Assembly (NCBI GenBank): GCA_963780745.1
Contig: CAWACT010000007.1
Span: 32,909-96,908 of the forward strand
Direction of reading: 5' to 3'
Length of the DNA stretch: 64,000 bases
Source: an uncultured Actinomycetes bacterium
Lineage (GTDB): Bacteria > Actinomycetota > Acidimicrobiia > Spongiisociales > DATADW01
Positions 59,201 through 64,000 of the stretch are shown here, in pieces (within the stretch, counting starts at the first letter, position 1; every line of letters begins with the position of its first letter). The position numbers were made by a program, and so were the translations under genes. Below the pieces are notes generated by a model, which saw only the letters and a list, made by a program, of their open reading frames with translations, was not told the origin of the DNA and ran no database searches.

Positions 59201-60049
59201 TCAGCGCTCGACTCGGACCCGCAGCGCCAAGTGCACCTGCCTTCCGAACCTGGCCTCGAGCTCGGCGCGGGCTTCCTCGCCGGCGGTGCGGAGCATCGAG
59301 CCTCTCGCCCCGATCACTATCCCCTTCTGCGAATCACGCTCTACCACGACATCGGCCTCGATGACGACGAGGCTGTCGGATCTCTCCTCGATGCTCCTCG
59401 TGACCACGACCAAGGCGTGGGGCAGTTCCTCTCTGAGCCTGTCGAGGAACTTCTCCCTGACCACCTCGGCCACCAGGATGTGCTCCGCCTGGTCGGTGGT
59501 CATCTCTCTCGGAAAGAACATTGGCCCTTCGTCAAGACGGCTAACGATCTCCTCTCGCAGCACGTTGACGCCATCACCGCGCAGCGCGCTCACCGGCACG
59601 TAGGCGTCGAAGTCCCATTCGGCCGCTTCCCCGAGACGCTCAGCGATCTGAGCTTGTCGAGCGATGTCGGTCTTGGTGACGGCCACCACAGAGGGACGGG
59701 ATGCTTCAGCAACCCGGGCCGCCACCAGCCGGTCCCCCGGCCCCACCGGGGCTGTTGCATCAACCACCATGAGGACGGCATCGGCCTCGGCGAGTGCCCT
59801 GGTGGCGATGGAATTGAGGCGCTCCCCGAGGACGGTACGGGGGCGATGTAGACCGGGGGTGTCCACCAGCACCGCTTGAGCACTGGGGGCCGCAGGCGCC
59901 GCCGGTTCGGTGATGATCCCGCGGATGCGGGAGCGCGTCGTCCCGGGTCGCTTCGAGGTGATCGCCACCTTCTCGCCAACCAGCGAATTGACCAGCGTCG
60001 ACTTGCCCACGTTGGGGCGTCCGACCACGGCGACGAAGCCCGATCTCAC
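59201..60049 (-). CDS. era: GTPase Era (GTG start; GTGA overlap with the corC stop)
   Basis: [20 protein letters not shown]1, DTPG G3, TKTD G4, and a C-terminal KH domain ([14 protein letters not shown]). Confidence 0.85.
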   Translation of the reverse strand: MRSGFVAVVGRPNVGKSTLVNSLVGEKVAITSKRPGTTRSRIRGIITEPAAPAAPSAQAVLVDTPGLHRPRTVLGERLNSIATRALAEADAVLMVVDATAPVGPGDRLVAARVAEASRPSVVAVTKTDIARQAQIAERLGEAAEWDFDAYVPVSALRGDGVNVLREEIVSRLDEGPMFFPREMTTDQAEHILVAEVVREKFLDRLREELPHALVVVTRSIEERSDSLVVIEADVVVERDSQKGIVIGARGSMLRTAGEEARAELEARFGRQVHLALRVRVER

Positions 60050-61255
60050 GAAGCCATGTCGGGCGCCTGACGGCCTCCGCCGTCGAGCCGCTGCACCCGC
60101 ACCTGCGCCACCCGGCGTCCCTGGACCCGGAGCGGGGTGAAAGAGGTCCCGGCCGAGGTGAGCATCTCGCCTTCTTCCGGCACTCTTCCTGCCAGCCCGA
60201 GAACCAACCCGCCAACTGTGTCCCACTCGTCGTCGGGAAACTCGACGCCGACGAGCTCGCTGAGGTCGGCCACCGGGAGCCGGCCATCGACCCGCCAACC
60301 GCCGCCTTCCTCGACCTCGACGAGCGGCACCTCGACGTCGTACTCGTCGACGATCTCACCGACAAGCTCCTCCAACAGGTCCTCTAGGGTCACCAACCCG
60401 GCGGTGCCACCGAATTCATCGACCACGACGGCCATGTGCGACTTGGTGGCCTGCATCTCACGGAGCAACTCGGCGAACGCGCTTGTTCTCGGGGACGAAG
60501 TCGGCCGGTCGCATCACCGTGGAGACCGGGGCAGCCAACTCGCCACGGTCGATCATCGCCAACAGGTCTTTGGCATAACAAATGCCGACCACGTCGTCAG
60601 GGTCGTCACCGATCACGGGGACTCGGGAGAAGCCGTGCTCAACCAGCAGGTCCATGAGGTCGTCGGTGGTGGCATCGCGTCCGATCATCACCATGTCAGC
60701 CCGGGGCACCATCACCTCGCGCACCACGGCGTCGCCGAAAGCGATGACCGAGGTGATCATCTCCAATTCCTGCTCCGCCGTGTCGTCCTCGTCCTCGACC
60801 TCGGCAGCGCCGTTCTCGGGGAGCGAAGCGGGGGCGGTGACCGCCGGTCGGCCCATAACGGCGGCCAGGCGCAGGACCGGTGCCAACCGGTATGCGAACC
60901 AGCCGGGCCGGCGCGCCCCGGCCAGCTCGGGCAGGACCAGTCCGACGAGCACCACAAAGGCGACCAGGGCGAGCAGCCCGAGGATGAGGGGCCACCCCGA
61001 AGTGCCACCGGCCAGGGCAACCGCCCCGAAGCCGGTCGCCAGCACCAGGAGCGCGGTCTGCACCAGGCCCACCGCCGACCTCACCCGATCGGCCCGCTCC
61101 AGGAGCGCGGCAGCAGTGGCAGCACCGGTGACCCCTTCGGCAGCGGCGTGGAGGGCCTCGGCCCGGGGAAGCTGCGCCAAGGCCGCCGCTCCCGCCCTGA
61201 CCAGCGCGGCGATCACCAGGAAGGCTGCCCCGGCCAGGTAGGCGGCGCCGGTCAT
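60046..61255 (-). pseudogene. hemolysin-family (DUF21-CBS-CorC_HlyC) transporter-associated protein with a frameshift near 60465
   Basis: DUF21 TM block and the first CBS domain in one frame; [33 protein letters not shown] and the CorC_HlyC tail in the next. Confidence 0.75.
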
Positions 61256-61289
61256 CGGGTGGCCCCGGAGGGCAGGGGTTGGTGAGGCG

Positions 61290-61757
61290 TCATCGGCGCG
61301 TCACACCCAGCACGCCGAGGAGACCGGCCTCGCGTTGCTCCATCGCTTCAGCCTCGGAGTTGTTCTGGTGGTCCCAGCCGAGGAGGTGGAGGATGCCGTG
61401 CACGACCATGAGGGCAAGCTCGTCCTTGAAGGGTACCCCGAGGTCGGCGGCTTGACGCTTGATCTCCTCGGGAGCGATCACGACGTCCCCCAGCGTCAGC
61501 GGTGGTCCCTTCGCTTCCACGGGGGGAACCCTGCCCGGGGCGAGTTGCTCGAGCGGGAAGGCGAGGACATCGGTTGGCCCCTGGCGGCTCATGAACCGGG
61601 CGTTGTACCCGGCGATCTCGTCTGCCGTCACCAGGAGGATGCTCAACTCGGCGGACTCCGGGTATCCCTCGGCGAAGAGCACATGGTGGGCGATCGACCC
61701 GATCTGGGCGGTGTCGACCTCGACGGCGTCCTGCTCGTCGGCGACGAAGACGGGCAC
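61290..61757 (-). CDS. ybeY: rRNA maturation RNase YbeY
   Basis: HGILHLLGWDH zinc-binding motif. Confidence 0.9.
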   Translation of the reverse strand: MPVFVADEQDAVEVDTAQIGSIAHHVLFAEGYPESAELSILLVTADEIAGYNARFMSRQGPTDVLAFPLEQLAPGRVPPVEAKGPPLTLGDVVIAPEEIKRQAADLGVPFKDELALMVVHGILHLLGWDHQNNSEAEAMEQREAGLLGVLGVTRR

Positions 61758-61765
61758 TCGGGTAC

Positions 61766-63892
61766 TCAGGGGCGATGCGGGGGGCCAAGGTCCCCGCCCG
61801 GGAAGTTGGGGTACGGGATGCGCGGGTGGTAATGACCTACCAGGGCATCAACAAACGCCTGCTTCACGCTGGTGAGGTCGCCCAAGGTCAGCGAGCATTG
61901 GCTGAGCTGGCCGTCGTCCACCTTCTCACCGATGACCCGTTCGACCACCTTGGCTATCCCGTCCACCGAAGGGTCCTCGCTCTGCAGGGCGGCACGGCAC
62001 GCCGCCTCGGTCGAGTCCGCCATCATCAGGATCGCCATCTCGCGCGAGCGGGGTTTGCGCCCCGCGTGGCGGTAATCCTCGATATCCACCATGTCGGCCC
62101 CGTACAGCTCCTTCGCCTTCTCGTAGAAGTAGTGCATCACGCCGTCACCGTGGTGGGTCACTATCCCCTCGCTGACCTCGGCCGGGATGCGGTAGGTCTT
62201 GGCCAGCCGAACCCCATCGAAGACGTGCTGGCGGATGATCGCCACCGACTCCTCCGGTTTGAGATCGTCGTGCGGGTTTGAGATCCCGAACTGGTTCTCA
62301 ATGAAGTAGAGCGAGTTCTCTGTCTTGCCCAGGTCGTGGTAGTAGGCGGCGGCAAGGGCGAGCAGGTTGTCAGCCCCTATCGCCTTGGCCGCTGCCGAGG
62401 CCAAGGTCCCGACCATGAGCGAATGGTTGAAGGTTCCCCATGCCCGCTCTTGGAGGAGGACGAGAGCCGGATGGTTGCGGTCGGTGACGTCCAACAGCCG
62501 TGGGGTGGTGGTCACGTCGAAGAGCACCTCGAGGAACCCGAGGGCCGAGAGCCCGACCAGGCTGGTGATGGCGCTGCTCGCCGCCGCCCACGACGCCGAG
62601 CGCCACACGAAGCCCCATACATCAGCCGCCTCGGAAAACCCGGGGGTGAACAGCCAGGAGGTGGCGGCGGCGATGACCCCGACGGTGAGGGATGTAAGGC
62701 AACAGCCCGGCGGAGGTCGGCCCTGGTCGAGATGGAGGAGACAAAGGGGATGGGGGCCAGCCCGGCGACGATGGCGTACGTGGTCACACCCGGGTCGCTC
62801 ACCGCCACCGCGGCGAAAGCTCCCATGGCGATGGACATGAGCACCGCGATCCGCCCGTCGAAGAGAATCGCCGCCATCAGCCCGAATGCGGCAACCGGTA
62901 TCACATACGGACTGGTCACCTCGCCGGCGATGGCGGCGAGCCGTGCCGAGCCGGCGCCGAGGACCAACAAGACGCCGAACAAGGCGACCCGGCGCACCTG
63001 ATTCCATATCTCGGGACGGAACCTCTGCAGGTAGAAGGCTTCGACGATGATGAGAACCGCCACCACCGCAAGCACCGGCCAGTAGGACGGTCCGGTGACG
63101 TCTGCCAGACCCAACTCGGCGATCGCGGCCAGATGAACCGCCGGTCAGCGAGTCTCCCTGGCGGAGAATGTTCTCCCGAGCCTGGTAAGTCCGCTCCACC
63201 GGTTCAACCGCTGCTTCGGCCTCGTCCCGAAGCGCCTGGGTCGCTTCGAGGTCGATGATCCGGTTCGGCTCGAGGAAGGAGCCGGCGACATCGGCCATCG
63301 CCCTCCCCGCTGCCTGGTCGGCGCGCCCTCCGAGGAGGATGGCCGACGATGTCTCCACCAGGTCGGCGGCCACATCTTGGCGGTCCTCCTCGACCAGGCC
63401 ATCTTCGAGCACGGCCAGAGCCCGCTCCTTGGACAACCGCTCCAACTCGTCGAGCCAGGGCTCCTGGTTGATCGCCATCCTCACCACGTCACCCGTTGCC
63501 AGCCCGGCGATCGTCTCGAGAGTCGCCGGCTCGAGCTGCGGGGCCACCAAGGCAAGTGCGTCAACCTGATCGGTGATCGAAGCCGTTACCGGGGCGAAGC
63601 CGATCGGATCGAGGGCCACCGGGCCCTCCTCAACCGTGAGAACCGTCGTGCTGCTTCCCCGCGACGGGGCGAAGAGCCGGGGGAAATCGGGATCGGCATC
63701 GTTGACGTGGACCACCACCCGTCCCTCGGTCACCGAGGAGAGTGCGAAGTTGCCGTCGAGGTCGGTCTCCACCGTCTGCGATCCGCCGTCGCCGCCGGTG
63801 ACGACGACCCCGACTGCGGCCAGCGGCTCGTCGTTCCCGTCACGGACGCCATTGCCATCGATGTCGAGGAAGAGCACCCCGCTCAACTCCAC
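61766..63892 (-). pseudogene. pgpH: 7TM-receptor with HD hydrolase domain (PgpH/YqfF family), about 2 frameshifts (near 62700 and 63130); the N-terminus may extend past the ORF start
   Basis: Extracellular N-terminal region, then a 7TM block in another frame (62512-63114), then the HD domain (HSLMVGTLASAAAK..YHDLGK). The conserved position is upstream of ybeY. Confidence 0.7.
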
Positions 63893-64000
63893 GGTGGCAG
63901 CGACGGTGGTGGTGGTTGCCCTGGGGACCGATGTGCCGGCCCCCTGGCGGCGCCCACTGGTAGCAGTTGTGTCGGGCGAGGTTGTCGCCGTCGTTGCCGG

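Overview
High-GC (~68-70%) bacterial chromosomal segment. It has Firmicute/Actinobacteria-like housekeeping synteny (pgpH-ybeY-corC-era ... recO-uppS-glyQS ... dnaG-sigA). The left third is a potassium-uptake locus: a KimA-family transporter and a single minus-strand kdpF-A-B-C-D-E operon followed by a DUF4118/GAF gene. Beyond it lie aceE, an LCP-like protein, a PQQ-propeller protein and a PspC-type envelope-stress module (PspC-domain histidine kinase, LuxR regulator, divergent PspC/LiaF-like protein). The centre carries a compositionally atypical (low-GC) three-gene ATP-grasp cassette driven by a near-consensus TTGACT-17-CATAAT promoter. I flag this cassette as the best candidate for a novel system, possibly a graspetide-like RiPP or another peptide-ligase system. 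The right half carries tRNA-Met(CAU), tRNA-Asn(GUU), sigA-dnaG, a VIT1 transporter, an amidase, a CoxL-like molybdoenzyme, a catabolic cluster (LLM oxidoreductase, DUF1185, amidohydrolase, mmsA-like ALDH, Liv-type ABC transporter, LacI), glyQS-uppS-recO, two DUF222/HNH (REP13E12-like) elements, lutABC, and era-corC-ybeY-pgpH. Three non-coding signals stand out. First, a family of 28-nt tandem arrays of four heptamers sits in intergenic regions and against start codons. Second, a GC-hairpin REP-like element of about 170 bp occurs twice between convergent genes. Third, four 11-bp-phased GCGTCAA boxes lie upstream of kimA and share an 11-mer with the kdp promoter. At least 14 genes carry apparent frameshifts (kdpA x3, kdpB x4, aceE x6, pgi, aat, mgtC, usp, mmsA, corC, pgpH, both DUF222 copies). 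This points to either an error-prone assembly or real gene decay, and I cannot tell which from sequence alone. No CRISPR array, rRNA or obvious transposase/integrase is present.
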